Below are positions 1 through 15,128 of a stretch of DNA of 64,000 bases, in pieces; position 1 is the first letter of the stretch, and every line of letters starts with the position of its first letter. Location: positions 161,324,001-161,388,000 of the forward strand of contig OZ024740.1 in assembly GCA_964016885.1 (NCBI GenBank), written 5' to 3'. Source of the DNA: Eledone cirrhosa (Eukaryota). A program made the translations under genes and the position numbers. The notes under the pieces were generated by a model. It was not told where the DNA came from. It did not search any database and worked only from the letters and a program-made list of their open reading frames with translations.

Positions 1-2163
1 TCGTATTCTCTTAGTGTAGTGCCGATCGCCTCGATGTGTTTGGCGTTTGACACCACTACGGTGGCATCGTCGGCATATGCTGACACGGATCTTCCGCATC
101 CTAGTTCGCGCGGGACCCCCCTCAACGTCTCCAGTTTGTGCAGTAATGGCTCGAGAGTCAATACGTACAATAGGGACGAGAGGGGACATCCTTGGCGGAC
201 CGAGCGCATGATGTTGAACGGTTCCGAAAGGTGACCGTTCACTCTCACTACAGAGCAGATGTCGCTGTGCATGGCAGCGATCCAGCCTCTGAAGACGGGC
301 CCAAAGCCAGCCGCCCTCAGGACTGCCGCTAGGTAACGATGGTCGACCCTATCGAAGGCTTTCGACTGATCTAAATTGATCAAAGACCCACCCGTGCCAG
401 GTTCCCTAGCTACCCTCTCTACGATGTATCGCATGAGGTGGAGGTTGTCGTGGATGGATCTGTCGGGAATGGCGCATGTCTGTGCCTCTCCCACCAGACC
501 ACCAACGACAAGCGCCAACCTCTTTGCTAGCACCTTGGCCAAAATCTTGAACTCTGTGTTTAGCAGAGTTATGGGCCTAAAATTATCTATGTTATCCCCC
601 TTGTTCGGATCCTTTCTCAGCAGTGCCACCGCTCCTCGGCTCACAGAGCTGGGAATTCTCCCGTTCTCTTGCCAGTTGCAGTAGACGTCCGCCAAGAGGC
701 CTCCGAACAAGTTTGGCATTTGTACGTAAAGTTCATAGGGCAGACCATCCAAACCAGGCGATTTACCCCTTGTGCAACTAGTCATTGCATCCCGTACTTC
801 AGCGGTTGTTATCGGCTTTTCGCAACACTCCGCCTCAGTGGCCGAAAGCCGCGGCAGTCCGTCGAGGTAGACACTAAAGTCCATCCCTCGATCCGGCCCG
901 CCACTGCCCCCGAACAGTTGAGCGAAGTGTCGCTGAAAAGCTTCACACATTTGCCCGGGATCGAGTAGCATGCGCCCGTCGTGGTCCACCAAAGACCGGA
1001 TCGTGGCTTTCTTGCCACGACGCGCCTCCGCCACTCGGGCCCATTGAACGGCTTTCGTCCCCTCGTGTCTGAGAGCACGCACCCTAGCTCTGACAACGCA
1101 GCCTTCGTGCTTTGCATTGAAGAATTGGTCAAGGGCCAATTTCGCCGCAAGTACGTCGGTCGCGATGCCTTTGCTAAGCGCCTCATCTAATTTTCTAACT
1201 AATTCTCCCTCTGCTCTATTTTTCTCTATTGCTAAAGTCTTACTAAACCTAATGGACTCTATTCTAATTGCTCTTTTCAGAGCAAACCACCACTTGTTGT
1301 TGACGATGGCCCCCGTCAAAGCCCGCTTAACTAGTTCGCTAATCCGGTCTCTGTAGGCCTTGCGCGCTGGTAAGGACGCGTTTAGCTTCCAGTAGCCGGG
1401 TCCTCGTCTATGAAGCCTATCTAAGTCAAGCACACAGATCACGAATTTGTGGTCCGTGTAGCTGACTATCTGGAATTGTGGACAGCCTATGCTAGACCTA
1501 TCTATTTCCCTACAAAATACTCTATCTAGATATGATCTGGATGACCCTATGCGATTTGTCCAAGTCCACATTGGTACATTCGGGAAATCCATTCGGTACC
1601 TGTCAGACAGTTCAAAACGTCTGAGCAGGTTGGTGAGACTCTTGCACCCTCCTTCCCTATCCACTAATCCCACACAATCCCAGCGTGCATCTAAGATCCC
1701 GTTCCAGTCGCCCACTAACACTAAAGAGCGGGACGTTCCAAGAAAGGTCTCCAGACGCCGGAAGAAATCAGGCCGCCCTGCTCCTGTCGGGGCATAGACG
1801 GCCACTAACCTGAAAGCTTGCCCGTCTCCGCTGGTCACGTCCAGCACCACCAACTTACCTTCTGGGTCCAGGAAGATGGCCCGTATCTCAAGATCCAAAC
1901 CTCTCCGAAAAAGCACAGCAACTCCTCCCCCCGATCCCGGACGGCTGGGAGATGCGTACACATCGTAGCCGCCGAAGATCGGTGCGAAAGCCTGTGCTTC
2001 GGAGATTCTGGTCTCGCTGATGGCCACTACATCTATGTTTAGTGACCTGAGGTCGTTGAGCAGGTGGCCCTGCTTCCATGACGACCCCAAGCCACGCGCA
2101 TTTATGCTGCCTATTCTGAGTGAGGTCATGTTGAAAAGGAGTGGAAAAGATGGGAAAGACCAC
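1..2163 (-). pseudogene. Tx1-type ORF2 (AP endonuclease + reverse transcriptase), broken by stops/frameshifts
   Basis: APE and RT motifs are in the correct order, but there is no continuous ORF in the track. Confidence 0.85.
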
Positions 2164-4084
2164 TTACCTTACTTCTCGTAGGGGAAGGACGGCTTTTCCA
2201 TCCTTTTCACTGCTTGTGGCCTCCTCAGGAAGGATGTCCTTATAAATCCTCCTGGAGAGTGCTTGTCGGAAGTCTCCGATGTCTTTGGGGAATTTTTGTT
2301 TTAGTGTCATGTACGTTTTCTGTGTGATGCGAGTGATTTGTATGTGTGGAGGTGGTGTGAATTTTGGGGTTGTTGTGTAGTCTTTTTCTGTGATGCTGGT
2401 GTTGTGTTGAATGTAGTGTAATAATTGGTTGTTGTTCAAATTTAATGCTGTGTAGTGTGTATCGTTTTGGTTGTTTTGTTTTGTTTGCGTTTGTTGTGGG
2501 TTTGTTTCTGTTTCGCTTTTTGGTGACTGTTGTGGTGTTGGTGATGGTGGTGTTGGGGTTAATGATGGTGATGGTGTTGGTGTTTGTCGTGATGGGGTTG
2601 GTGATGCTGGTGTGGATGGTGGCATATATTTCCTAACTTTTTTGTTTGATAGTTTATTTGTTTCCCTCTGTATTTTGTTTTTGGAGGGGGAAGGAAGAGG
2701 ATTTTTTTCTTTTTTGGCTTCTTTTTCTTTTTTTTTTCCTGATACCGTTTCCCACTCCTCGTCGTCATAATCTGTCTCCAGTTGCGATAGGTCGGGGAGT
2801 GCAAATTCCTCCACAGGCGTTGGTTTTGGTTGTGGCGTGGTGGATGGTGTTGGCGCTGGTGCTAGTTCTGGCGCGTTGGGTGGTGGTGGTGGTGGTTTTG
2901 CTACTGTTGCTGGGGTTGTTGCTGTTACAGTTGCTTCTGTTGTTGCTGCTACAGTTGTTGCTGCCATTTCTGCTGCTGCTGGTGGTGTTGATGGTTGAGT
3001 CACTGGGGTGGGTAAGAGAGGTGGCCTCAACCTTTTAGCCTGAGGGCAGAAAGCTTTTAGGTGGGTTCCTTCACCACAAACGACACACCAAGGCCTTCTG
3101 CCCTCGACGATTACGGTGAGGTGGCTGCCGTCAGTGAGGTCTATTACCTCGGGGATCTCCAAAATGCTTTTTTGGTCCGCTTGGATCAGGAGCTCCATCC
3201 CAGATCCAGACCTGTTCTCCTGCTTTTCTTTCGCTATTTCGATTATCTTGGTGTTGGCTTCGATGCCGGCGAGGACGGCAGCCATTAGCCAGGGAATTTC
3301 AATGGCCAGTGGAACGTGGGTCACCCTGATCTTCACGAGTCTCTGGCCACAATAGCTTGGGACGACTGTGAAGTCGTCACTTCTTAATGGGGCCATGAGT
3401 GTTCTCTGGCCTCCTGTGGTGTTTCAAAGAACACGTCCACGGTTCCATATTTCTGCCCACGCCTGATGTGGGTTTTTTTGCCTACAGATGTCCCAAAGCT
3501 TTTTGGATTTGGGACTCGGATGCCCGTTCCACTCGGCGCGATTTTATGTTAATCGTCCGATAAGACACGGTGCATAGGCGCCGATGCTCCATTTTATTAG
3601 GTGTGGGGGTGAGACTGACCCTGTACCCTTCTTTCTTTACCATTTGTTTGGCTTCTTCTAATTCCTCCTGAGTTAGGAATGCTTCGCACTTTTTTTGCTA
3701 CTCTGGCAAAACTCAGGGTGGTTTTCTTAATTTCATTGTTGCTGTTGTTATCGTTATTTTTGTTATTGTTAATTTTAGTTTCAGTTGTGGTGGTGGTGGC
3801 GTCAGTGGTGTTCGGTGTGGAAGAGTTCATTTTGGTTGAATTCATTTCGATATCACGAGTTAATTTATTTTTTCTTTTGTTTCTGTTGTGGCTGTGGTGG
3901 TGGGGGGGGCGGATTTAACACCTGCAGTCATTGGTAATGGCGGGAAATGAATGTCTGCCTGAGACAAATTAAAAATATTGCTACTGCTTATATTTTTAGT
4001 GTTGGAAAACGTAGTAATATTTACAATGGCGGTGTCGGTGTGAGGTGTTAGTTTGTGAGGAAGGTGTGACTCTGAGTTGTCCAT
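2164..4084 (-). pseudogene. Tx1-type ORF1 (gag-like, zinc knuckle, Pro/Thr-rich), frameshifted
   Basis: ORF pieces 3860-4084, 3597-3845 and 2164-3396; CVVCGEGTHLKAFC = CX2CX4HX4C; its stop directly abuts the ORF2 start at 2163. Confidence 0.8.
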
Positions 4085-4298
4085 GATTTTTCAAAGGAAA
4101 ATCTTTGTTTGATAATTATAAAAGTTTAAATTTTGGGCTCAAGTCCCCAATCTTTTTGAGTGTCCTTTTCAGAAAACAATGTATGTGCACTTATATACAG
4201 TTAACTATAAAAAATTTCCATAAATGGCAATTTTAAACAACTGAAAATAACAAACCTTTGTGAAGCTCACGATGATACGATTTACTACGTAGGTCTCC

Positions 4299-4347
<49 letters not shown>
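4299..4347. repeat. (AAT)n microsatellite; further tracts at 4461-4537, 5611-5726 and 10095-10130
   Basis: Directly visible. Confidence 0.97.
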
Positions 4348-4350
<3 letters not shown>

Positions 4351-4460
4351 GCAAGAACCCTCCGATACGTCCTGAATATCTGAGGCTGCAGGTAGTGGCT
4401 TGATATTCATTTCAACAAACTTTCCAGTTAAATAACATCAATGACTGAGACTCAAAGAAC
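4348..4460 (+). mobile_element. Heavily 5'-truncated R4/Dong copy (last codons + 3' UTR)
   Basis: Near-identical to 5498-5610 and 9982-10094; (AAT)n on both sides. Confidence 0.9.
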
Positions 4461-4537
<77 letters not shown>

Positions 4538-4538
<1 letters not shown>

Positions 4539-5610
4539 TGACTATCTACAACATGTTCCACAAGAGGAGTGATGTCGATAGACTCTACCTAAGGAGATCT
4601 GAGGGTGGAAGAGGTCTTATCAGCATAGAGGACTGTGTGCAGATGGAGAAAAACAACTTATACAAATACGTGACCTATAGTAAGGAGCCAATGCTCAGAA
4701 CTGTACTGAAGGAGGGGACAGTAGGCCAGGGGATGTCCAAGGAGGAAATAACATCAAGGAGGAAGAGCAGCCTTAAGGGAAAATCCCTTCATAGTACCTT
4801 CTTTGAGAAAACTGAATTTAGAGATCCACAGACATGGAACTGGTTGAGAAGAGGAGACCTCAAAAAGGCTACAGAAGGAATGCTAATGGCTGCGCAGGAG
4901 CAGGCCCTCAAAACGAAGTGGTTGAAGCACCATATCTACAAGGAGGAGGCTAGCCCACTGTGCAGGATCTGTGGAGAGAGAGAGGAGACTGTGGCTCACA
5001 TTGTGTCCGAGTGTAAACACCTAGCCCAGACCCACTATAAGGGCTGGAGACACGATGTGATGGGCAGGGTGATCCACTGGCACCTGTGCAAAGTAAACAA
5101 TTTACCACATTCTGAGAAATGGTATGAGCATAGGCCAGAGGCGGTGATGGAGAACAATCAGGTGAAGGTGCTGTGGGATTTTAGGATACAGACGGACAAA
5201 AAACTGGAACACAATAGACCTGACCTGGTGGTTGTGGACAAAGAAAAAAGATCGTGTCTGATTGTGGATGTGGCCTGCCCGTTCGACACGAGAGTGCAAG
5301 AGAAGGAGAGGGAGAAAATTAACCGATACCAGGACCTAAAGTGGGAGGTGAAAAGGATTTGGAACTGCCATGAAGTCAAAGTGATCCCGATTGTCATAGG
5401 CGCACTGGGGAGTATCTCCAAAAGTTTCCAGGGATGGTTAAAGAAAATCGGCCCCTTCACGCTTTTTGGAACGCTTCAAAAGGCATGCTTGCTTGGAACA
5501 GCAAGAACCCTCCGATACGTCCTGAATATCTGAGGCTGCAGGTAGTGGCTTGATATTCAATCCAACGGACTTTCCAGTTAACCAACATCAATGACTGAGA
5601 TTCAAGGAAT
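4538..5610 (+). mobile_element. 5'-truncated R4/Dong non-LTR retrotransposon; open ORF 4538-5533 with zinc knuckle + restriction-like endonuclease
   Basis: CRICGEREETVAHIVSEC, RHD, RPDLVVVDK, DVACPFD, EKINRYQDL, PIVIGALG; (AAT)n on both sides. Confidence 0.92.
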
Positions 5611-5616
5611 AACAAC

Positions 5617-5728
<112 letters not shown>

Positions 5729-6549
5729 GAAGAAAACGCACATGGTGGATATATATCGTTATGGAATCGCTCCAGTAAGTTTTTGATTTTTACTTATTTA
5801 AAACAACTGTGATAGAATAATTCTTATTACAAATGAAGTATAAGATTACAGTTTTCACGCTCAGCAAGCCACAGCGCATCACTTTACGGCATAGGGCCCC
5901 AATATTTAATATGTAATTTTGGATCAGAAATGTTATAGTCAAAATAGAGGAAAATGGCAAAAATGGCTAAGTGGACAGACAGGCAAATAATTTCACCACC
6001 AACACCACCACCACCCCCATCACCACTGCCACGCCAAAAACTCTAGTCAAGTTACCTCAACTTCTATTTCTACTTCAACTTCAACACCATCACTACAGTA
6101 CTACAATCACATCACCCCCACCACTGCCTCATTATCGCTACCGCCGCTATTCTCTCCCACTACCTCCTGCTAAGTACTACTAGCACAGCACCACCACCAC
6201 CACCACCACCACTGCCTCATTATCGCTACCGCCGCTATTCTCTCCCACTACCTCCTGTTAAGACATGCATCGTAGTGTCCCCACTAAAAGAGGAAGGCAT
6301 CAAAAGATATAAATAGACTGATTTGATGACCCGGTCAAAAAATCAAAAAAAGAAAAATCAAAATCAAAACAGCACAGCAACAACGAAAAACGTAAAGAAA
6401 AGAAAAATGAAAAGAAAAACAAACAGACAGAGAAGGAGAAGAAAAAAAACTAAGTCAGACATTCAAACATTACATTACAATGAAATTTATGCTTATTCTT
6501 TTGGGTTTTTTTTACCTATTTGTTTGTTTGTATATTTATGTTCGTCTAC

Positions 6550-9500
6550 AGCGTGATAGTGCCACACTAAAATCACCGGGTTGATGAAATCACCGGTGGT
6601 TATGTTACCATACATTCACCAATCCTCGATAAGAGTGTTTAAATGTCGAACCTAAACAGTTCGAATAACGGTGAAGTGGAGACTGGAATGTCATGTGACA
6701 GACTGTCACCCAGTAGGTGCTCCCTGGCTCAGCAGCAGGGACCTGGCTGTCAACCAAATACTGCTGGTGTCGGGGGAAGAAGAAGGAAAGGGACCAGAAC
6801 CAACTGGACGAAAGAATTTAATAGAACTGTTATGCAATGTTACCTGAAGAGTAAGACTATAGGAAACGGACGCATAACATCTGGAACGAGATTGGTCTAT
6901 TTAAATTAGATGAACAAAAATTGGCCGGGCAGGCTCGGGTAATAAGAACTAATGGGTGGATAAGCGAGCTGGAACTGGAGGAACTGAGCAGAGGGATTAG
7001 GTTGGAAATGGAGAGTGGAGTATGCCAGGCAAACGAGCCAGTGGGAAATGAAGGTGAAGAGGTTGAGAGAACGGAGGAACCATCCGAAGCAGACAATGAT
7101 CTGAATGCTAAAATAAATAATACCTGGAACAAAGATACGGCCATTGAGGAGATGAATGTTGACGGGCTACGACAAGATTTGGTTGATATCCTAAACTTAG
7201 TGGTAGATGAATTGAACAATAATAGTGGGAAACCTATGAACCTAAGACTTGTAGACAGGAAAAAGTTAAAAGAAACAACAGCTAAGGTAAACAAAGTAAT
7301 CCCATACCTTGAGGCGAGGAGCCTTCACCAGTGCAACAATATCCTAAAAGCAACAGCAAATGCGGTGAGGAAATTACTTGGCATAAAAGCGAGAGGAAAC
7401 AACAAACAAGAAAGATCAGAACCTTGGTGGAAGAAACGACTGAATGGTCAAATCAGGGAAATGAGAAATGACATTGGAAAGCTTGAGTCCCTACTGAATG
7501 GGACACTAAAAAATATAGACACTAAAAATAGACTGGAAATAAAGTACAAAACTAGGAGGAAAAAGCTAAATATTATCATAGAGGAACTGAAGCAATGCAC
7601 TGTAGCAAAGAGTGCAAAAATTAGGCGATTCGAGAGCAGAGTCAGTTAGTATAGACAGAGCCGCATGTTTGACAACAACCAGAAGATACTGTTTGGACAG
7701 CTTGAAGGGAAAGAAAGAGGCAGCGACTTGATCCCTGAGGCGGAACAAACTAAGGCATTCTGGAGAGGAATATGGGAGAAGGATGTTAAACATAATGACC
7801 AGGCAGTGTGGATTGAGACAGTACAAAAGGAGATTAGTGAACAGGCACACCAACAAACTGATTTGAGTATCACAGTTGAAACTCTTAAGGGGCAGGCCAA
7901 AAAACTAACCAACTGGAAATCACCACGCCCAGATGGTATGCAGGGGTATTGGATTAAAAATATAACATCCCTCCACCCGAAACTGACAACCATGTTCAAT
8001 GACTGTTTGATGTCAGGTGAGGTACCAGAGTGGTTGATAAAAGGTACCACAGTTCTGGTAATGAAAGACCGAATCAAGGGTAATGATGTTACCAACTATA
8101 GACCTATCACATGTCTGTCCGTAATGTGGAAACTGTTGACAAGCATTATGTCTGAGGAAATCTACCATCACCTCCACACAAACAACTTGTTACCGGACGA
8201 ACAGAAAGGATGCCGAAAGAAGTCCCGTGGTACAAAGGACCAGTTACATATTGATAAGATGGTAATGAGGAATTGCAAGAGGAGACACACTGGTCTGGCC
8301 ATGGGATGGATAGACTACAAAAAAGCATTTGACATGGTGCCTCATTCTTGGATCACCAAAAGCCATCAGACAGTTGTTGGGCAAAAGTATGAATTCCTGG
8401 AAAACAGAGTTAACATCAGCTGGAGAATCCTTGGGAGGCGTGAAGATCAAGAGAGGTATCTTCCAGGGAGATAGTCTGTCCCCTCTGCTGTTTGTCCTTG
8501 CCCTGATGCCCCTGAACATTATATTGCGAAAGGTGAGAGCAGGATACAAGTTGGGAAAGGGAGAGCTTACCATCAATCACCTCCTATTCATGGACGATCT
8601 TAAGCTCTTCGGGAAGAGTGAGAAGGAGTTGGATGTGCTTGTTGCCACTGTCCGTATTTTCAACAATGATATATGTATGCAATTTCGTATTAGTAATTGT
8701 GGAGTCCTTGTGATGAAGAGGGGTAAATTGAGCAGAAGCAACGGAATCCAGGAACCAACAGGTGAGATGATAAAGGAAATTGACACTGAAGAAGGATACA
8801 AGTATTTGGGTGTTCTGGGGGCAGATGACATCAAGAACAAAAAAATGAAGGAATTGATAAGATCTGTATACATTCGGAGAGTAAGGAGCGTATTAAAGTC
8901 ACATCTGAACAGTAGGAATGCCATAAGTGCAGTAAATTCCCGAGCTGTGTCTATTATTATGTACAGTGCGGGAATTCTGAGCTGGAATATTGCTGAACAA
9001 AAAGAAATGGATAGGAAGACTAGGAAGCTATTGACTATCAACAACATGTTCCACAAGAGGAGTGATGTCGATAGATTCTACTTAAGGAGATCTGAAGGTG
9101 GAAGAGGTCTTATCAGCATAGAGGACTGTGTTCAGATGGAGAAAAACAACCTACACAAATACGTGACTGATAGTAAGGAGCCAATGCTCAGAATTGTACT
9201 GAAGGAGAGGACAATAGACCAGGAGATGTCAAAGGAGGAAATAACAAGGAGAAAGAGCAAAAAAAATCCTTTCATAGTACCTTCTTTGAGAAAACTGAAT
9301 TCAGAGATCCACAGACATGGAACAGGTTGAAAAGAGGAGACCTTAAAAAGGCTACAGAAGGAATGCTAATGGCTGCGCAAGAGCAGGCCCTCAAAACGAA
9401 GTGGTTGAAACACCATATTTACAAGGAGGAGTCTAGCCCACTGTGCATGATCTGTTGAGAGATAGAGGAGACTGTGGCTCACATTGTATCCGAGTGTAAA

Positions 9501-10094
9501 CACCTAGCCCAGACTCACTATAAGGGCTGGAGACATGATGTGATGGGCAGGGTGATCCACTGGCACCTATGCAAAGTAAACAATTTACCACATTCTGAGA
9601 AGTGGTAAGAGCATAAGCCAGAGTCGGTGATAGAAAACGATCAGGTGAAGGTGCTGTGGGATTTTAGGATACAGACGGACAAGAAACTGGAAGATAATAG
9701 ACCTGGCCTGGTGGTTTTGGACAAGGAAAAAAGATCGTGCCTGATTGTGGATGTGGCCTGCCCATTCGACACGAGAGTGCAAGAGAAGGAGAGGGAGAAA
9801 ATTAACCGATACCAGGACTTAAAGTGGGAGGTAAAAAGGATTTGGAACTGCCATGAAGTCAAAGTGGTCCCGATTGTCATAGGCGCACTAGGTACTATCT
9901 CAAAAAGTTTCCAGGGAAGGTTAAAGAAAATTGGCCCCAGCCACGCTTTTTGGAACGCTTCAAAAGGCATACTTGCTGGGAACATCAAGAACCCTCCGAT
10001 ACGTCCTGAATATCTGAGGCTGCAGGTAGTGGCTTGATATTCATTTCAACAAACTTTCCAGTTAACTAACATCAATGACTGAGACTCAAAGAAC
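6550..10094 (+). mobile_element. Near full-length, decayed R4/Dong RLE retrotransposon (single ORF ~6643-10015)
   Basis: RTNWTKEFNRTVMQCY N-terminus; RT motifs NWKSPRPDG, YRPITCL, DYKKAFDMVPH, GIFQGDSLSPLLF, HLLFMDDLK; RLE C-terminus; (AAT)n tail; several stops and frameshifts. Confidence 0.92.
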
Positions 10095-10184
10095 AATAAT
10101 AATAATAATAAAAATAATAATATTAATAATGAAATTATTGTGTAAAGTGCTCAGGTGCACTCGTCAAAGTTGTTACACTCAACT

Positions 10185-12170
10185 CGTCAAAGATGTAACA
10201 CTCAACCTAAACACAGGATTAATAGAACCCTTCCATAAGAATAACGAGAATCTAGCCTACATTAGTTATAACTAAAACCACCCCCGATCCATAATTAACT
10301 CCATAGCATATCCCTCAGAATATCCCGCCTATCTTCGAACCTAGAAATTTTTAACGAACACGCAAACTATTATAACATAGCTTTACATAAAGCTGGACAT
10401 GAGAAGAAGCTGGAATACATACTAGATAGAGACAACAACAACAAACCTAACGACAACAACACTACCCGCTCATATAGAAATAACAAGCATAGGACTAAGC
10501 ATAGAATTAGACAACGAGCACCAAAAATAACTGAACAGAAACTAATATAAGGACCCCAAAAACTATAGAAGATCCAGAGATAGAAGTACCTATGGTTCAA
10601 TCCAATATTCAACTCCTCTATAAAAGCTAAACTACCTTCTATATTCTTTAAACTAATAGATAAGCACTTCCCTACACTACACAAATACCATAAAATCTTT
10701 AATAGTAAAACTATAAAACTTTCCTACTCTACTGCACCCAACATAGAATCGCACATACGTAAAATCAACCACAAAAATATCTCTAAAGAAATTAACCTAC
10801 CAACATGCACCATAGCACCAAATACAAAACGCAAACACATAACAACATCACAACCACAAACGCATCAGAACGCATCACAACAAAACATTAATAGGTCTAA
10901 ATCATAACCCACCCGCAACAACTTACAAAACCGCAACGATGAACCTGCACACAGTAAAACCTCAAATTGTATTTGCCACCTACCGGATAAGTGCCCACTA
11001 CGGAATAGATGCCAGGATTCGAGTATGGTATACCAGTGTACTGTAAATTCAGGCAACTCTACTTGGCACTACATATGTTCCACGGCTGGGGAGTTCAAGA
11101 AAAGGTGGTACGTCCACAGACACTCCATGAAGAACCGTAAACTGGAGAACTCTATAACACTCGCCAATAAAATCTGGCAGCTTAAAGACAAAAACCTAGA
11201 ATATAAGATTAGCTGGTCAAAATTATAAGTAGCAAGTGCCTACAGCAACGGAATGTCCCACTGCGGGCTTTGTAATATTTTAAGGTACGATGGGATGCTG
11301 CTTAACGGCAAAATAGAAAGATCAATTTTCTGTAGGCATAAAATAGCTACTAGATTCACAAACTTCAAACCACCATCATTTGAACCAGCAATCCCAAAAT
11401 TAGAACTGAACCACCTAGATTTTAACATATCGAATACACACCATCGCATTGCTGTTAGCTGTCAAACGGCCAACTGGTCACTGGATCATAAATCTCTGAA
11501 CATCTCTTTCACCCTCTCTCCCTGAAACAACATCAACCCCATTAAGATAGAACAATCAGCAAAACATTTACAACAAGCGTTTATCAAACGTCCCGTCATC
11601 CCTAGCCCATAAATCTCATACATGTATCCACCAATTAATCTCTAATTTATTGTTTTTTTCTTTTATCTGTCACGACATCGGACTCTCGAATGTGTACATC
11701 TCGAATCTGGTTTTTTCATGTTAACACTAAACCCACAAACGAATCCTTATAAGAACACTTACTCAAAACTAATACTAACATACGATATACTTACGCTCTC
11801 ACTTACCCTTATTTATTTATTTATTTATATTTTCCATTTTCTCATTTTCTTACTTTTATAATGTACCCCATCTTATCTTTTACTTTTTACATCTGTAACT
11901 TCTCTACCTATTTAGTATATATGTTTTACTATTGATGTTATTGTTTTGATTATACGCTAATTTCCTATATGTCTTGCCTCGAGTTAATTATTTTCATATG
12001 TACGTACTCTGATGTGTTGACCAGAGGTAAATAATGTATTGGAGATCGAGTGACGCAACTTCAAGCGATTAGCGAACTCTAGACTCATCTGATCAACGAA
12101 ACCATTGTCAGTACTTTAAATAACGCCCCTTATTGTGCAGCAAACCAAGTTACTCTTCATTCTTTAACTA
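10185..12170 (+). mobile_element. Decayed Penelope-like element (RT C-terminus, GIY-YIG endonuclease, pLTR with HHR)
   Basis: DVTLNLNTG..PFHKNN; WFNP..KLIDKHFP..KYHKIFN..IKLSYS; CPL..C..MVYQCTV..YICST..FKKRW..H; ends at (TA)n. Confidence 0.82.
12004..12114 (+). ncRNA. Type I hammerhead ribozyme motif with a long stem II insert (A9 mutated)
   Basis: GTACT-CTGATGT-GTTGAcCAGA...TCTGaTCAAC-GAAA-CcattG-TC-AGTAC. Confidence 0.7.
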
Positions 12171-12194
12171 TATGTATATGTATATGTATATGTG

Positions 12195-13592
<1,398 letters not shown>

Positions 13593-13594
13593 TA

Positions 13595-13624
<30 letters not shown>

Positions 13625-13629
<5 letters not shown>

Positions 13630-14815
13630 TATTCCAAAATTTGCTCCTATACAAGGGGCAGGTCTCATTTGTGTCATTATTTACCATTTTTTTACCATTT
13701 TTTCCATTTGGTTCTGGCTCCTTTATATAGAGGAGCCAGAACCAAATGGGAAAAAATGGGAAATAATGACACAAATGGGACCTGCCCCTTGTATAGGAGC
13801 AAATTTTGGAATAGAATAGAAAGAACTAGGAATAAGGCTAATAGAATAAACTCATGGTATGATAGCAATAAATACCAGAGTGTAATGTTCATCGATACAA
13901 CCCCTAGAGGTGAATTAGCTTACAAATTTAGAAGGGCCCTAGATAAACATAAACTCAATATTAAGATAGTAGAAAGACCAGGTACCTCCATAAAAACACT
14001 TATTAGCAAGACATACCCTTTTCAAAGACCTCCCTGTATAGATAAGAAATGTATAATCTGTAAATTAAGCCCCCATATTAACTGTAAAACTAGAAATGTA
14101 GTATATAGCATAAGATTACTGAAGGACAATGTAGAGATAAAAATATAGTGTACATAGGTGAGATAGCTCGTAGTATAGGGGAACGGATAAATGAACACTG
14201 GCGAGACCTTCAAGATAGTAAAGAATCAACTGTACCCTACCAACATGCTAAAATAGAACACAGGGGTAAATTAGAGAACATAGAAATAAAAATAGAATCT
14301 ACACACAGAAAAGACGCAATGTTTAGACAAATCACAGAGGCAATAAACATATATGAACTCCAACCAAATTTAAATAGAAAACATGAGTGGAACAGTAACA
14401 TCACAACTTACAATTAAGGACAGAATGAAAATACACACGCACATAGAACAAACAACCAATCAGTAACATGTAAATAAACAAATAAATAAACAAATATAAA
14501 CACACACAGACACACAGATGTGGCGCATGCGCAGACTGAGCATACAGCACACACACAGAAACAAGATGTCGTAGGACAGAACAAAGGAGAGGCACAAAAA
14601 CAACGAAAAGAATCCCCAGTCACTGAAGAGGTCACAGAATGTGTGACGAAAGAACTTTGACAATACATAAACAACCATTTGGTTGTGGAACCAGCCAACG
14701 AACCGGAAATTTATAAATTCCTAAATTTATAAATTTAATTTATAATAAATTGAAGTGAAAGCAACTGGTGCGTGTGTTTCTTATTGGTAACATGACCCTC
14801 CCAAAGTATAACAAT
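13625..14815 (+). mobile_element. 5'-truncated Penelope-like element (Naiad-like GIY-YIG) with 5' foldback and HHR-bearing pLTR
   Basis: VMFIDTTPRGELA..IKIVERPGTSIK..CIDKKCIIC..CKTRNVVYSI / IVYIGEIARSIGERINEH..H..H..E; one frameshift near 14118; flanked by (TA)n. Confidence 0.85.
14619..14661 (+). ncRNA. Minimal type I hammerhead ribozyme
   Basis: GTCA-CTGAAGA-G-GTCACA gaatg TGTGAC-GAAA-GAAC-TT-TGAC. Confidence 0.82.
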
Positions 14816-14825
14816 ATATATATAT

Positions 14826-14899
<74 letters not shown>

Positions 14900-15046
14900 A
14901 GTGTATTTGTGCGTCCATGGCGTCCATGGTTGGAGATATGTATAAACATACATAAATGTCTTTTTACGAATAAAACTGTTCACGGCATAATATTGGTGCT
15001 GTTTATATATGTCTATATACTTGCATACAAACGTAAATATATTCAT

Positions 15047-15128
<82 letters not shown>

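Larger units (their letters stand above)
1..4298 (-). mobile_element. Tx1/L1-clade non-LTR retrotransposon (ORF1 + APE-RT ORF2), disrupted; 3' part runs off the window start
   Basis: Minus-strand motifs read by eye: LVAVYAP, GDWN, YTDHK and GPGYWKLN (APE region); GKSPGLDGLPYE, RPITLLN, LDQSKAFDRVDH, RQGCPLS and AYADD (RT, ~65-80); ORF1 has a CCHC knuckle. The 5' end abuts (AAT)n at 4299. Confidence 0.9.

Noticed and set aside
6121-6258. ~50-bp local direct duplication in a (CAC)n-rich region
   Set aside because: Simple slippage duplication.
6550-6642. Ribozyme in the R4/Dong 5' UTR
   Set aside because: Only a short AAATCACCGG duplication is visible; I could not fit an HDV-like or HHR fold.
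13830-14620. Selenoprotein-type Naiad (in-frame UGA + SECIS)
   Set aside because: The break near 14118 is a 1-nt frameshift, the Cys codons are TGT, and I see no SECIS-like hairpin.
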